From an uncultured delta proteobacterium (lineage in GTDB: Bacteria; Desulfobacterota; BSN033; UBA1163), in assembly GCA_963708295.1 (NCBI GenBank), contig CAVPSJ010000015.1:32001-96000 (forward strand): 64,000 nt of DNA, given 5' to 3'. The translations under genes were made by a program, and so were the position numbers. Positions 44,530-53,904 of the stretch are shown here, piece by piece. The notes under the pieces were generated by a model. It worked only from the letters and a program-made list of their open reading frames with translations. It made no database searches and had not been told where the DNA came from. The number at the start of each line of letters is the position of its first letter. The stretch's first letter is position 1.

Positions 44530-44573
44530 ACAAATCGTTGCTCAACGATGACATCATGCACTGAGGATTATTG
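44530..44573 (+). repeat. island-internal conserved motif, copy 1
   Basis: 38/44 identical to 46993-47036; contains the palindrome atcgttg-ct-caacgat. Confidence 0.8.
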
Positions 44574-44650
44574 TCAGAAATCATGTATCCCGTGTGAAGA
44601 TATCGAAATCAATCCTCGCTTTTTTGAGGAAACAGAAGGTTGAAGGGATA

Positions 44651-44688
44651 GCACATCGGGGGCAGTCTGCTAACTGCCCCCGATGTGC
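44651..44688. terminator. intrinsic-terminator-like hairpin downstream of the SYLF gene
   Basis: gcacatcgggggcagt...actgcccccgatgtgc long perfect stem. Confidence 0.55.
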
Positions 44689-44727
44689 GAGGATGAACCA
44701 CTGTCTTCCCTTACGTTGCCCTCTTAG

Positions 44728-45297
44728 CTATCTAACCAATTTGGTAAACTTCGCCCCTTCGACTGTCGCTGCTGCCATCGCTCCCTTCTGACCAAAGACA
44801 AAACCGACAATGGGCTCCTTCATACTTGCGGTGTCAAGGGATTTGTCCGCCCCAACGTCTACGAAGGCTACTGTCGCATCGACCCCTGCCTTCCAGCCAG
44901 AACTGGTGCGAAATTTCTTAAGGGCTTCGTCTTTCATAAATACAAGTATTAAGTTCATCTTTTCGGCACCGACCTGAAGTCCGACCGAACCAGCCGCAAT
45001 GCTATAATATTCAACAGTCTTTCCGCCAATCCTCAGAGCACCCTCACCGTATTGGCCTCCCACGCCAAGTCCTGCCTTCACAATGTTTGGCATAACAAGC
45101 ACACCTTTTGAGGCATTAAGAAATTCCTTTCCGCCTTTTACCTGCTGGGAGAAAAGCTTCAGAGCTTCATTCACCTCTCCATTGATCTCCTTCGCCGTTT
45201 TCGCGTAGGAAGATATGGATAGAAAAGGACTGAGAATAAGTGCCAAACATGCAACCATCCAAAAGATTTTTCCCCTGAAGTGCTTCATCGTCTCCAT
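44728..45297 (-). CDS. lipid-binding SYLF (Ysc84-like) domain protein
   Basis: 'KGVLV.P.IVKAG.GVGGQYGEGAL', 'GSVGLQ.GA', 'W..GVDA.VA'; signal peptide; RBS aaggagg. Confidence 0.88.
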   Translation of the reverse strand: METMKHFRGKIFWMVACLALILSPFLSISSYAKTAKEINGEVNEALKLFSQQVKGGKEFLNASKGVLVMPNIVKAGLGVGGQYGEGALRIGGKTVEYYSIAAGSVGLQVGAEKMNLILVFMKDEALKKFRTSSGWKAGVDATVAFVDVGADKSLDTASMKEPIVGFVFGQKGAMAAATVEGAKFTKLVR

Positions 45298-45522
45298 ATT
45301 TTACCTCCTTTAGAATAGTTTGCTCGTCTATTTCTTACCTTTATGCTTTTCGTTATGTATTAAGATCAACTGCAGCCTCGCCCTTACGGGCAAATCCATT
45401 CCATCTACTGCTAACGCTACTTGGAAGCCTTCGTGAGGTCCCGTGCACCGCAAGCCCTTCGCTGAGCTTCCTCCAGCTTCCAGCTTTTGGTCTGATCATG
45501 GAAAGTTTTTCCCTGGCCTGCA

Positions 45523-46026
45523 CTACAGGACGAGCGGCACTTGAGCTGCAAGCTCGTACTTCACGGCGGCCCGGATCTTGTTCTCGATCTGCAGGTACCG
45601 GGCCACCTTCTTTTCAGGCAGCACCTTACGCAGCTTAGGAACAGAGGAAGTCTTGAGTCCTGCCTCAGCCTGCTCGATGGCGACCAATTCATCAATAAGC
45701 TTCTTAGCCTTCTCGTCGGTGAGGGTGCTTTCCCGATAGTCTGCGGCATAGCTCTCGATAAGGTTAAGGATGCGCCGGTTGATCGCGGCCAGATCCTTCT
45801 GATACTGCTCGTAGACCGGCCAGAAACCCTTCGCCTCTGATTCCGTCAGTTCCATGTTTGCCTCAACAAGGAGCTTCTTGTCCACCTTGATCTTCTCGAG
45901 CAAGATTTGCATGTCGCCAGCCAGCTTGCCCTGCGACCGCGCAGAGATGGGGAAAGCGGCGATAACTACCATCAATGCGGTTACAGAGAGTAGTGCCCAT
46001 AATGCTTTAACAGTTCTTGTGCTCAT
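45523..46026 (-). CDS. secreted helical hypothetical protein
   Basis: 'KK.LV..NM.LT..EA..FWPVY..YQ', 'ARY.Q.ENK' conserved-looking pattern; RBS aaggagg. Confidence 0.75.
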   Translation of the reverse strand: MSTRTVKALWALLSVTALMVVIAAFPISARSQGKLAGDMQILLEKIKVDKKLLVEANMELTESEAKGFWPVYEQYQKDLAAINRRILNLIESYAADYRESTLTDEKAKKLIDELVAIEQAEAGLKTSSVPKLRKVLPEKKVARYLQIENKIRAAVKYELAAQVPLVL

Positions 46027-46410
46027 ACTTGCCTCCTTATTGATTCGATTTTTTCCCATATGAAGTCTCGTAGCCTCCTTTGGTCTTCTAATAGGATAAA
46101 AAGAAGTGGAGCCGGTGTCTATTGGACTTTGGTCTTATATGAGCGGCAAGTAGCAAGCGCCGGGGGGACAAAGTGTCTTTGGAATTAGCTAACTATTCGA
46201 CAAAGGGAGTAGGGAGTCAAGAAAGGAAGGGCGCCGATGATGACCGATTCAAATCGTGTATATTTTGACAAAATGCTGAGTCATTGACTTCCTTAGAAGA
46301 GGAAGCACTAAAGAAAATCTTGCGTTATGTTCCTCTTGGCGAAGTCCCACCTGAAAGGTTACTATAATAGCAAACCATAAGGCGTAAATTGCAGATAGGG
46401 AGGTATACCA

Positions 46411-46887
46411 ATGGAACCTCAAAAAACGAACAAGGATGTTATGACCTCAGATTTTTCTACAATAAAGGCGGATGACAACCTTAAGGAGGCCTTTGAAGGC
46501 ATCAAGAAAATGCTGGAAAAGTCTCCTCATTCGCCCGGGCTGATTGTTATCGAAAATGAGGGAAATTATGCGGGCGTATTGACTCTTGCCGATTTTATGA
46601 ATGAACTTCGTAAACTTTATCGTGACGCTTGCGACAAGACCGGGGGAAAGGAATCGATGGCGAGTTTATTCAGCGAGTGCGAAATTATGGGAATAAAGAA
46701 AGTCTATGAAATCACGAGCGGTAAACGTCTGTCGATTAAATCTGGTGATAGCTTTGAAAAAGCCTGCGAATTGATCCTGCACAAAAAGCTAGACATACTG
46801 GCAGTAGTTGATGAAAAGTCAATCCCAGTGGGGATCATAACCCGGAGACATGTGTTGACCGAGATAGGTTCCAGAATGTTCAAATGA
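46411..46887 (+). CDS. CBS-domain pair protein
   Basis: 'DVMT.DF.TI..DD.L.EA', 'G.LT..D', 'LAVVDE...VGIITR'. Confidence 0.85.
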   Translation: MEPQKTNKDVMTSDFSTIKADDNLKEAFEGIKKMLEKSPHSPGLIVIENEGNYAGVLTLADFMNELRKLYRDACDKTGGKESMASLFSECEIMGIKKVYEITSGKRLSIKSGDSFEKACELILHKKLDILAVVDEKSIPVGIITRRHVLTEIGSRMFK

Positions 46888-46992
46888 ATATGCAGAGCAG
46901 GGCAACGGGTTAAGGGTCTGGATTTTTTCGCTTTAACCCTTTTTTTATCGAGCGAGGATCGTGGAAAGATTTGGGCAACACACCCTTTCACC

Positions 46993-47043
46993 ACAAGTCG
47001 TTGCTCAACGATGACATCTTGAGTTGAGGATTACTGCTTGGAA
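46993..47043 (+). repeat. island-internal conserved motif, copy 2
   Basis: Matches 44530-44573; its 3' part ttgaggattactgcttggaa matches 48687-48706 (19/20). Confidence 0.8.
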
Positions 47044-47121
47044 GGTTGAATAGAGAAAAGGCAGGGGTGCTATCAGCCCTGCCTTCACGTCTCTCGTTCT
47101 CACTTCCTCCTGGAATTTGTT

Positions 47122-48387
47122 TTATTTAGTCACCTGGATCGAGTTATTGGAACCAAGGTCGTTCACCTTACAAGCACGGCCAATAAACAAATTATTGGAA
47201 GCACCCTTTTCAAAAACAACATCAGCTGTTAATGCTTTGAATTTGCTTAAATCATTATCTGTAAAAACATTTTTACTTCCCTTCAAAGGTTTCCATGATC
47301 CAACTACGATTCCTGGTTGACTGCTCGAACCCTCTATTTTGTTGAATGCGATGTATCCATCGGAAGAGCGAATACCCAAGGAACGGGCTTCTGTTCCCTC
47401 TGTGAAAATGGCATTATTGACAACCACAACCCCATCTGAGAAGGTGGCAATACCAAAAGAAGTTTTACCACGAGTCCTGATGCTGTTATTAACGATAATA
47501 TGTTTAATGTTTCTTTGTGGATCAATGCAACCTGAAAGGTCAAGGAACCACCCAGCCATGATACCATTGGGAGTTTGTGGTGAAGGAACAGGCAATCCCT
47601 CTGTAGCTGGAATGAGTTTATTATCTTTCATGATAATCATCCCACTTCCATCGCTGCCAAGATAATTGTCTAAGACCTCTATAGAATTCCTCGCACAATT
47701 AATAACGGTATTCCGTTGAATTTGTGCACTAATCCCTGTTGTCCAATCGACTATCACTCCTTGAGCCATCGTCTTCGTAGGAACATTATTAGTCAAATCA
47801 ATGTCATTGTCCTCGATGATTAGATTTCCTGTGATAAGGTTGGGTATATACTTCCTGGTCTGTACCGGTTGAGCATAAGCAGGGGTGCATACTATCCCTT
47901 GTTGGCGATTCAATCCTGGTTTACCAAATATAGATTCGTCCATAAATTGGGGTCTGATATTCGTCATCTTGTTATTGGATATGGTTGCACCACTGCTGTA
48001 CGCTAAATAAACTGGAGTCCATAGGGCTCCATCAAAATGGATGCTCTGGATTGTGATTTTGGGGCCTTGGACTTCGGGTGGTAATTTAGTCGGCAGAGGG
48101 CTATGGAAATTAAAAAATCCCCCTTTGATCTTTGTGACAGGCTTTCCTCCGATATCTGTTTCACCGACAATCTTAACATCTTTGGTTATGTTCACCCTGC
48201 CTTTATCCCCAAAGTCAAAGGTTTCTTTCAGATTAATAGTTCCCCCTTGATCGACAGCTTTTTGAACTGCTTGGACGTCAATCGTTGGATTATTTTGGCC
48301 AACAATTGTGATTTGGGCTTCTGCTGAAGTAAAAGAAAAGATTGTCATCACCATAAACAAGGAAATAATTATTCTTCGCAGCATCAC
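47122..48387 (-). CDS. secreted right-handed parallel beta-helix repeat protein
   Basis: Signal peptide; 'AVQKAVD.GGT', repeated 'I.NN.I' units; AT-rich. Confidence 0.7.
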   Translation of the reverse strand: MMLRRIIISLFMVMTIFSFTSAEAQITIVGQNNPTIDVQAVQKAVDQGGTINLKETFDFGDKGRVNITKDVKIVGETDIGGKPVTKIKGGFFNFHSPLPTKLPPEVQGPKITIQSIHFDGALWTPVYLAYSSGATISNNKMTNIRPQFMDESIFGKPGLNRQQGIVCTPAYAQPVQTRKYIPNLITGNLIIEDNDIDLTNNVPTKTMAQGVIVDWTTGISAQIQRNTVINCARNSIEVLDNYLGSDGSGMIIMKDNKLIPATEGLPVPSPQTPNGIMAGWFLDLSGCIDPQRNIKHIIVNNSIRTRGKTSFGIATFSDGVVVVNNAIFTEGTEARSLGIRSSDGYIAFNKIEGSSSQPGIVVGSWKPLKGSKNVFTDNDLSKFKALTADVVFEKGASNNLFIGRACKVNDLGSNNSIQVTK

Positions 48388-48686
48388 AATCCCCCCTCTC
48401 TGGTTTTAAGGTTTGAGAACTATTTCGTAACCTATTCTCGCATGTAATTTAATTTGTGGAAGGCAGGACTAAGTGAGGCACCTCCAAAGGGAAGATAAAC
48501 GCCCCTCTGGAGGCTTCATAGGGGCATCTTCTGGGAACTCCTTTTCATAACCCTCCCCAAAGGGTTTAGGGTTGTGTTGTTAGGTTATTTTACGGATAGG
48601 AATACGAGGAAAACTCTCACCCAGTTACTTTGCTATCAAAAAATGTTGGATTTGTCAATCGGAAAAAGTCTTGTGAAAACTATCTT

Positions 48687-48706
48687 TTGAGGATTACCGC
48701 TTGGAA
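48687..48706 (+). repeat. island-internal conserved motif, partial copy 3
   Basis: ttgaggattaccgcttggaa, about 165 bp beyond the integrase stop codon. Confidence 0.65.
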
Positions 48707-48869
48707 TCAGGTATAGCGGTGTGGGTTCTCGCCTTGAGGACTTCAGGATATTATCCTCGGTCGGACACGTCGTAATGTTCCCAAAATGGAGAGTTAGCCA
48801 GTCCAAGAATGATTGGGACATACCCCAAGGACTGATGATTTCTATCAAAAATTCATGGGGTCATATTGC

Positions 48870-49230
48870 TTATCTGCCATGTAGAATATCCATCCACCTA
48901 ATGGCCTCTGACTCACTCACCTTCCCCAAATAAGCCTGAGTCGTCTTCAGATCCTGATGCCTGAGAATCACTTTAGACACAATCTCCAAAGGAACCCCAT
49001 TTCTGCTGGCATATGTGGCAGAATATCTCCGAAGGTCATGAGGGGTTAAACGGATATGGAGATTTGAACCAAGCCTCTTAATCAAATACCTGGCAGTGGA
49101 ATAACAGATCGGGAAGAGACGATCATTAGCTTGAAGCCCCTGATCTTTGATGTAATCATTTAGCCTCTTTGCCACAGGTTCAGGCATGAATGCTACTTCT
49201 GCTTCTTTTCCTGACTTTGGCTCCCTTAAA
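48870..49230 (-). pseudogene. tyrosine recombinase/integrase C-terminal remnant
   Basis: 'PKSGK', 'PHDLRR..AT', 'ILRH..L.TT..Y' catalytic motifs; the N-terminal part is absent. Confidence 0.85.
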
Positions 49231-49270
49231 AAGACTCAAGTTATGCACCAACGAACTATCCCCGTGTTGG

Positions 49271-49645
49271 TTAAACAGATTCAACCAGTGCAAAAATTTC
49301 CTCCTGTGTTACTGAACCCTTAAAAAGTAAATAATCCGCCTTGCATTGGATCGAAGCCTCTCGATATTCTGGTAAGTCCCAACCCGAAAGAAGGGTGATG
49401 ATAATGTTTGGATATCGACCTTTTATTTTTTTGGTCAGAACCAGACCGTTTTCTCCAGGCAAGTTGATGTCCATAAAGATAAGATCAGGAGGTGACGTTT
49501 TGATTTTTTGTTTAGCCTTCTCCCCATCAGTTGCTTCATCAATGTCAATTGATGGAAATCGAACATGCAACACCTCTTTGAGAGATTGCCTAAAAAGAGC
49601 ACTGTCGTCAACGATTAATATCCTGAAAACTTTCAGTCTATCCAT
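49271..49645 (-). CDS. stand-alone response regulator receiver (NarL-like REC, no HTH)
   Basis: 'ILIVDD', 'PDLIFMDINLPGENG', 'DY.L.K'. Confidence 0.85.
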   Translation of the reverse strand: MDRLKVFRILIVDDSALFRQSLKEVLHVRFPSIDIDEATDGEKAKQKIKTSPPDLIFMDINLPGENGLVLTKKIKGRYPNIIITLLSGWDLPEYREASIQCKADYLLFKGSVTQEEIFALVESV

Positions 49646-50131
49646 CAGTTTTTAGCTTTTCCATTTCAGACTTTATCTCTCTCAGTGAGAATTGAAGCTG
49701 TTTTGTGCATAGTGCGTGTGTTACGGTCTTGTCTGAAAAAGGAGGCTTTAGCTCACTGAACTCTTCCCCACGAGCGGAACAATCACGCCTCCCACTTCAA
49801 ACTCTACAATTCGACATTCTGAAATACAATAAAGCGAATTCTTTATTTCACGTTAAGAAATACAGTATTTTTCAAACCACATTGCCTTCAATTACATCTT
49901 GGTAAATTGAGGAGGACTATTCAAAGAAACTGAGGGATGGAATTCTTGATTACCAATTGCAATCGAGCATGCTTAGCCAAAATGGCCCCTCGTGGATTTC
50001 AGGAAGAAAGTTCCAGGGGACTCTGGGGTTTTTTCATTTGGGGAGGGTGGAGGCGACAGCAGACCCCCCAATGACCCCCCGAAAGTGAATCAGGAAAAAC
50101 AGGCATGCCAGCCTGACCCCGCGTTTCCGAT

Positions 50132-52699
50132 TCAGCGCTTGCGGGGCTTGGCCTGTCTTGTGGGGACCGCTTTCCACGGGTCATCCGGCCAGGGATGTTT
50201 CGGGTAGCGGCCTTTCAGCTCCTTCTTCACCTGCGGGTATCCGCTGTCCCAGAAGCCCTTCAGGTCTTGGGTCACCTGAACCGGCTTGCGGGCCGGAGAC
50301 AGGAGATGGAGGAGCACCTTTACCCGTCCACCGGCAATTTTCGGAGTGTCCGCCAGGCCGAACATCTCCTGCAGCTTTACGGCCAGGATCGGGATACCTC
50401 CGGAGCCGTAATCCAGCGTTACCCGGTGGCCGCTGGGTACGGGGAGGGATGCGGGTGCGTTCTCGTTCAGCAGCCGCCGCTGCTCCCATGACAATCGGGC
50501 GCGCAGGGGCGCCTGGAGGTCCAGGGCTGCCAGTTGTTCCCGGGTACGGATTCCCTTCAGCCAGGTCATGAGCCACTCTTCGGGGACCGAGAGGAGACGT
50601 GTTTCCGACAGGTCCGGCCAGTTCTCCGCAGGGAAGGTCCTTTTCATCAGATTCACCCGGCCCTGGAGCTGCCGGGCCTCTTCGCTGAAGACGATCCTGG
50701 CGGAGCCCGACCGGACGGCTTCGCAGAGGAGGGGGGCCACTTCCTCCTCTTTGGGTACAAAAGGCCTGGCGGATAATTGCAGGGCCCCCAGCTTCTCCTC
50801 AAGGGTAGCGATGATCCTCCCTTCCCTTTTGTCCCATTCCACCCGCCTGATGCTCTCGATGCCCTCGCTCAGTTCCTCCCGGAGGAGATCTTCGGCTACC
50901 GGCTCGGCCAGGTGCACCATGCCCTCGACTTTCTCCCCTGCATCCACATGCGCCGCGATGATAAAGGGGCTCTTCGTAAGGGGGCTCATGGAAGGAAGCC
51001 GCACGCCCCTTCCCTGGCAGAGGATGAAACGCCCGGTTCCTTCCTCTCGCCTCTTCGCGATCCGGTCGGGAAAGGCGCGCAGAAGGAGACGGGGGATGGT
51101 CGTGCCCTGCTTTTCTCTGCATGCTCTGGAATCCCCGGCCACAGGGCCGGCCATAAGACTCAGGAGCTGCTGCGATGCCCGGTCCACGGCTCTCAGCGCC
51201 CAGGGATCGGTTCCACCCGGGGCTTCTTTTCGCTTTCGCCACTGCTGCAGAAGGTCGAGTCTTCCGCCGAGGTCGGATCCTTCGCCATGCGCCATGAAGC
51301 CGGATGCCTCACGGCGGAGGATGTCCCGCTCCGAAAGAAGGGCCGCCAGGTCAGCACCGAGTCGAGGGCAGCCGAGTTCGGAAGCCCTCTGCGACAGCCG
51401 CCCGAGCCGGGGATGGAGCGGCAGCCGGGCCATCGACCGGCCGACCGGAGTTGCCGAGCCCTCAGGGTCAAGGGCGCCTAATTCCATGAGAAGACGCCGG
51501 CCCGATTCCCATGCGGCCTTCGGCGGGGGGGACAGCCAGGAGAGTTCGCTCGGGTCCTTCACTCTCCACACCGCCAGTTCGAGTATCAGTGGGGAGAGGT
51601 CGGCCAAGAGCATTTCCGGCGGGGTAAAAGGAATCATTCCTTGAAAAGCATGGCGGCTGTAAAGACGGTAGCAGACGCCCGGACCAAGACGGCCGGCCCG
51701 GCCTTTCCGCTGGTCCGCCGCCGCCTTGGAAACCGCGACCGTAACCAGACGGTTCATGCCGGTGGCCGGGTCATGCTGGAGCCTCCGGGTCAGGCCGCTG
51801 TCGATCACCACCTTCACCCCTTCGATGGTCAGGCTCGTTTCGGCGATGTTCGTCGCCAGAACGATCTTTCGTTTTGCCGAAGGGAGAATCGCGCGCTCCT
51901 GCTCTTCAAAGGGGAGGTCTCCGTAAAGAGGATGAATGGAGATGGAGGCCGCTTTGTCTTCCAGAGCGGCCCGCAAAGATTCGCAGCAGGCGCGGATCTC
52001 ACCCCCGCCGGGCAGGAAGACGAGAATGTCGCCGGAGGTCTCCCGCAGGGCGCTGATGACCACCGCCGTCATCCTCGCATAAAGGGGCCTATCCTGCCCG
52101 TCCGGGAGGTAGCGCTCTTCCACCGGAAAGGCTTCGCCGGGTGAGGAGATCACCGGCGCCCCGTCCATTAGCGAGGCTACCGGCCCGCAGTCCAGTGTCG
52201 CCGACATGACGAGAATCTTGAGGTCTTTCCTGAGGCTGCGGCGGATGTCGAGACAGAGCGCCATCGCGAGGTCGGCCTGGAGGCTCCGCTCATGGAACTC
52301 GTCGAAGATGACCATGGCCACACCCTCCAGACCGGGATCCGTCTGTATGCGCCGGGTGAGGATTCCCTCGGTGACCACTTCAATCCGGGTCTTTTCCGAA
52401 GCCCGGCTTTCGAACCGGATGGAATAGCCCATGGTCCCCCCGATCTCCTCGCCGAGGGTTTTGGCCATCCACCGGGCCGCGGAGACCGCCGCGATCCGGC
52501 GCGGTTCGAGCATCAGGATCCGTCCCTTTTCCGGGGGGATCACGTCGAGCAGCGCCAGGGGGGTGCGCGTCGTCTTCCCCGAACCGGGCGGAGCCTGCAG
52601 AACCGCTGAAGAGCCGGCCAGCACCGTTTCCTTTATCCTCGGAAGGATTTCGTCGATGGGGAAAGATTTCCCCTCCAGGACCTTCTTCATAGGATTCAT
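50132..52699 (-). CDS. hrpB: ATP-dependent RNA helicase HrpB
   Basis: APPGSGKTT, EPRRIAA, DEFHER, MSAT, ATNIAETSLTI, QRKGRAGR, 'LLSPA..P.Q.T.DL..FW', 'GRYPKHPWP'. Confidence 0.96.
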   Translation of the reverse strand: MNPMKKVLEGKSFPIDEILPRIKETVLAGSSAVLQAPPGSGKTTRTPLALLDVIPPEKGRILMLEPRRIAAVSAARWMAKTLGEEIGGTMGYSIRFESRASEKTRIEVVTEGILTRRIQTDPGLEGVAMVIFDEFHERSLQADLAMALCLDIRRSLRKDLKILVMSATLDCGPVASLMDGAPVISSPGEAFPVEERYLPDGQDRPLYARMTAVVISALRETSGDILVFLPGGGEIRACCESLRAALEDKAASISIHPLYGDLPFEEQERAILPSAKRKIVLATNIAETSLTIEGVKVVIDSGLTRRLQHDPATGMNRLVTVAVSKAAADQRKGRAGRLGPGVCYRLYSRHAFQGMIPFTPPEMLLADLSPLILELAVWRVKDPSELSWLSPPPKAAWESGRRLLMELGALDPEGSATPVGRSMARLPLHPRLGRLSQRASELGCPRLGADLAALLSERDILRREASGFMAHGEGSDLGGRLDLLQQWRKRKEAPGGTDPWALRAVDRASQQLLSLMAGPVAGDSRACREKQGTTIPRLLLRAFPDRIAKRREEGTGRFILCQGRGVRLPSMSPLTKSPFIIAAHVDAGEKVEGMVHLAEPVAEDLLREELSEGIESIRRVEWDKREGRIIATLEEKLGALQLSARPFVPKEEEVAPLLCEAVRSGSARIVFSEEARQLQGRVNLMKRTFPAENWPDLSETRLLSVPEEWLMTWLKGIRTREQLAALDLQAPLRARLSWEQRRLLNENAPASLPVPSGHRVTLDYGSGGIPILAVKLQEMFGLADTPKIAGGRVKVLLHLLSPARKPVQVTQDLKGFWDSGYPQVKKELKGRYPKHPWPDDPWKAVPTRQAKPRKR

Positions 52700-52886
52700 T
52701 AAAGCCCACTTTCAAATGGCGGGTCAAGTGCTCAAAAAACAAGGGTGGAGTGGGGTGTCAAGCAGCAAGCGATCGTAATTAAAGCTTCCGGCTGTAAATG
52801 GATCCGGAGGTCGCGTTAAAGAGAAACTCTTGACTTTATATAAGCTGATGTGCACAGTGTAATACAGGTTCATCAGGAGGTGTCTT

Positions 52887-53105
52887 ATGACTACGGCAAT
52901 ATCCGTTAGGCTCCCTAAAACGCTTGCCGATCGGCTAGACAGCATCGCCAAAGAAACTGAAAGATCTCGCTCTTTCATTATCCAAAAAGCTTTAGAGTCC
53001 TACATGGAAGAGTATGCGGATCTCCAGGTTGCCTTGGACCGATTCCATGATCAAACAGATTCGGTTATCTCAGGGAAAGAGTTGAGGAAGACCCTTGGCC
53101 TATAA
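52887..53105 (+). CDS. ribbon-helix-helix antitoxin (RelB/CopG-like)
   Basis: 'ISVRLP..L..RLD.IA..TERSRS.II.KALE.Y.EEY.D'; RBS aggagg. Confidence 0.85.
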   Translation: MTTAISVRLPKTLADRLDSIAKETERSRSFIIQKALESYMEEYADLQVALDRFHDQTDSVISGKELRKTLGL

Positions 53106-53202
53106 TATCGTTTACAAGAAGTCAGTTCAGCGTGATCTGAAAAAGCTCTCTAAGGCAGAGGCTCATCACGGTTTAAATCAAAAGGATCCTGTAATCATAT
53201 AG
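53095..53202 (+). pseudogene. truncated RelE/ParE-family toxin
   Basis: TTG start overlapping the antitoxin; 'AYNIVYKKSVQRDLKKL' RelE-like N-terminus, then a stop at codon 36. Confidence 0.7.
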
Positions 53203-53257
53203 GGGATCCCGCATTCATCCAGTTTAGACAAAAGGAGTTTCAGGCCATCTTCAGACG

Positions 53258-53509
53258 TCAGGGTAGGATGTCGCGAGCACTGGGATAGGCTCGAAGGAAA
53301 AGGTCTTCGGGAAGCAGGCACCGGATGACGGCAAGCCTGATCTGCTCTTCATCGTAGTTTGGATGGCGTTTCCGGATTCCTTCCGCCAGCAGGGTGCGGC
53401 AGGTTTCAGATAGTAGGGCCGCGGCCTGGAGACGTTTTTGGGGTTCCATACGTCGAAAGATTTCGATCTGGACTTTTTCAGCGTCAGAACTCGTGTCAAG
53501 CGGTCTCAT
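53258..53509 (-). CDS. small hypothetical protein, of a type usually paired with a nucleotidyltransferase
   Basis: 'DTS.DA..VQ.EI.RRM.P..RL......GIR.RHP.Y' pattern; no partner gene downstream. Confidence 0.6.
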   Translation of the reverse strand: MRPLDTSSDAEKVQIEIFRRMEPQKRLQAAALLSETCRTLLAEGIRKRHPNYDEEQIRLAVIRCLLPEDLFLRAYPSARDILP

Positions 53510-53558
53510 GGGGTGATGATTCTATTCATTTTCAGTGCCCACTGGGCGAATAGAAATT

Positions 53559-53633
53559 TGGAGCCCACGGACGGATTTGAACCGCCGACCCGCTGATTAC
53601 AAATCAGCAGCTCTACCACTGAGCTACGTGGGC
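53559..53633 (-). tRNA. tRNA-Thr (anticodon TGT)
   Basis: GCCCACGTAGCTCAGTGGTAGAGC..CTGAT-TTGTAA-TCAG..GGCGGTTCAAATCCGTCCGTGGGCTCCA cloverleaf with encoded CCA. Confidence 0.97.
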
Positions 53634-53639
53634 TAGAAT

Positions 53640-53670
53640 AAAAAAGGACGAATCCCTTTCGTCCTTTTTT
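53640..53670. terminator. bidirectional terminator-like hairpin
   Basis: A6-ggacgaa-tccct-ttcgtcc-T6. Confidence 0.55.
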
Positions 53671-53904
53671 ATTACCATATTACTGTTCACCGGTCAACTT
53701 ACTCATAAGGCCATAATTGAGAAGACATAGCTAAATCTGCTCCGGGAAATTCCCATCCCCCTCCCGACCTTCCCCCTTGAAGGGGGAGGAACATATACGG
53801 ACCGGTAAATGATGCTCAAGATGAAAGCTCAAGACTCAAAGACAAAATTGAATTTTCTCAGGCGATCAGCCATCAGCCATAAGCTATAAGCTATCCGCTG
53901 CGTG

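Larger units (their letters stand above)
44400..53580. mobile_element. degraded genomic island integrated at tRNA-Thr(TGT)
   Basis: 23-bp direct repeat of the tRNA 3' end, integrase remnant, toxin-antitoxin remnants and AT-rich cargo. Confidence 0.75.

Noticed and set aside
44530-48706. Classical integron attC cassettes
   Set aside because: The repeats lack the RYYYAAC...GTTRRRY ends, and the integrase remnant is too incomplete to show the IntI-specific insertion.
50568-51644. Long antisense ORFs (e.g. 50568-51644, 53953-54969, 334-1140, 12365-13207, 14050-14841)
   Set aside because: They are shadows of well-supported genes on the opposite strand and carry no recognisable motifs.
53860-53900. 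Short heptamer-like repeats (atcagcc/ataagct)
   Set aside because: Low-complexity intergenic repeat with no associated gene evident.
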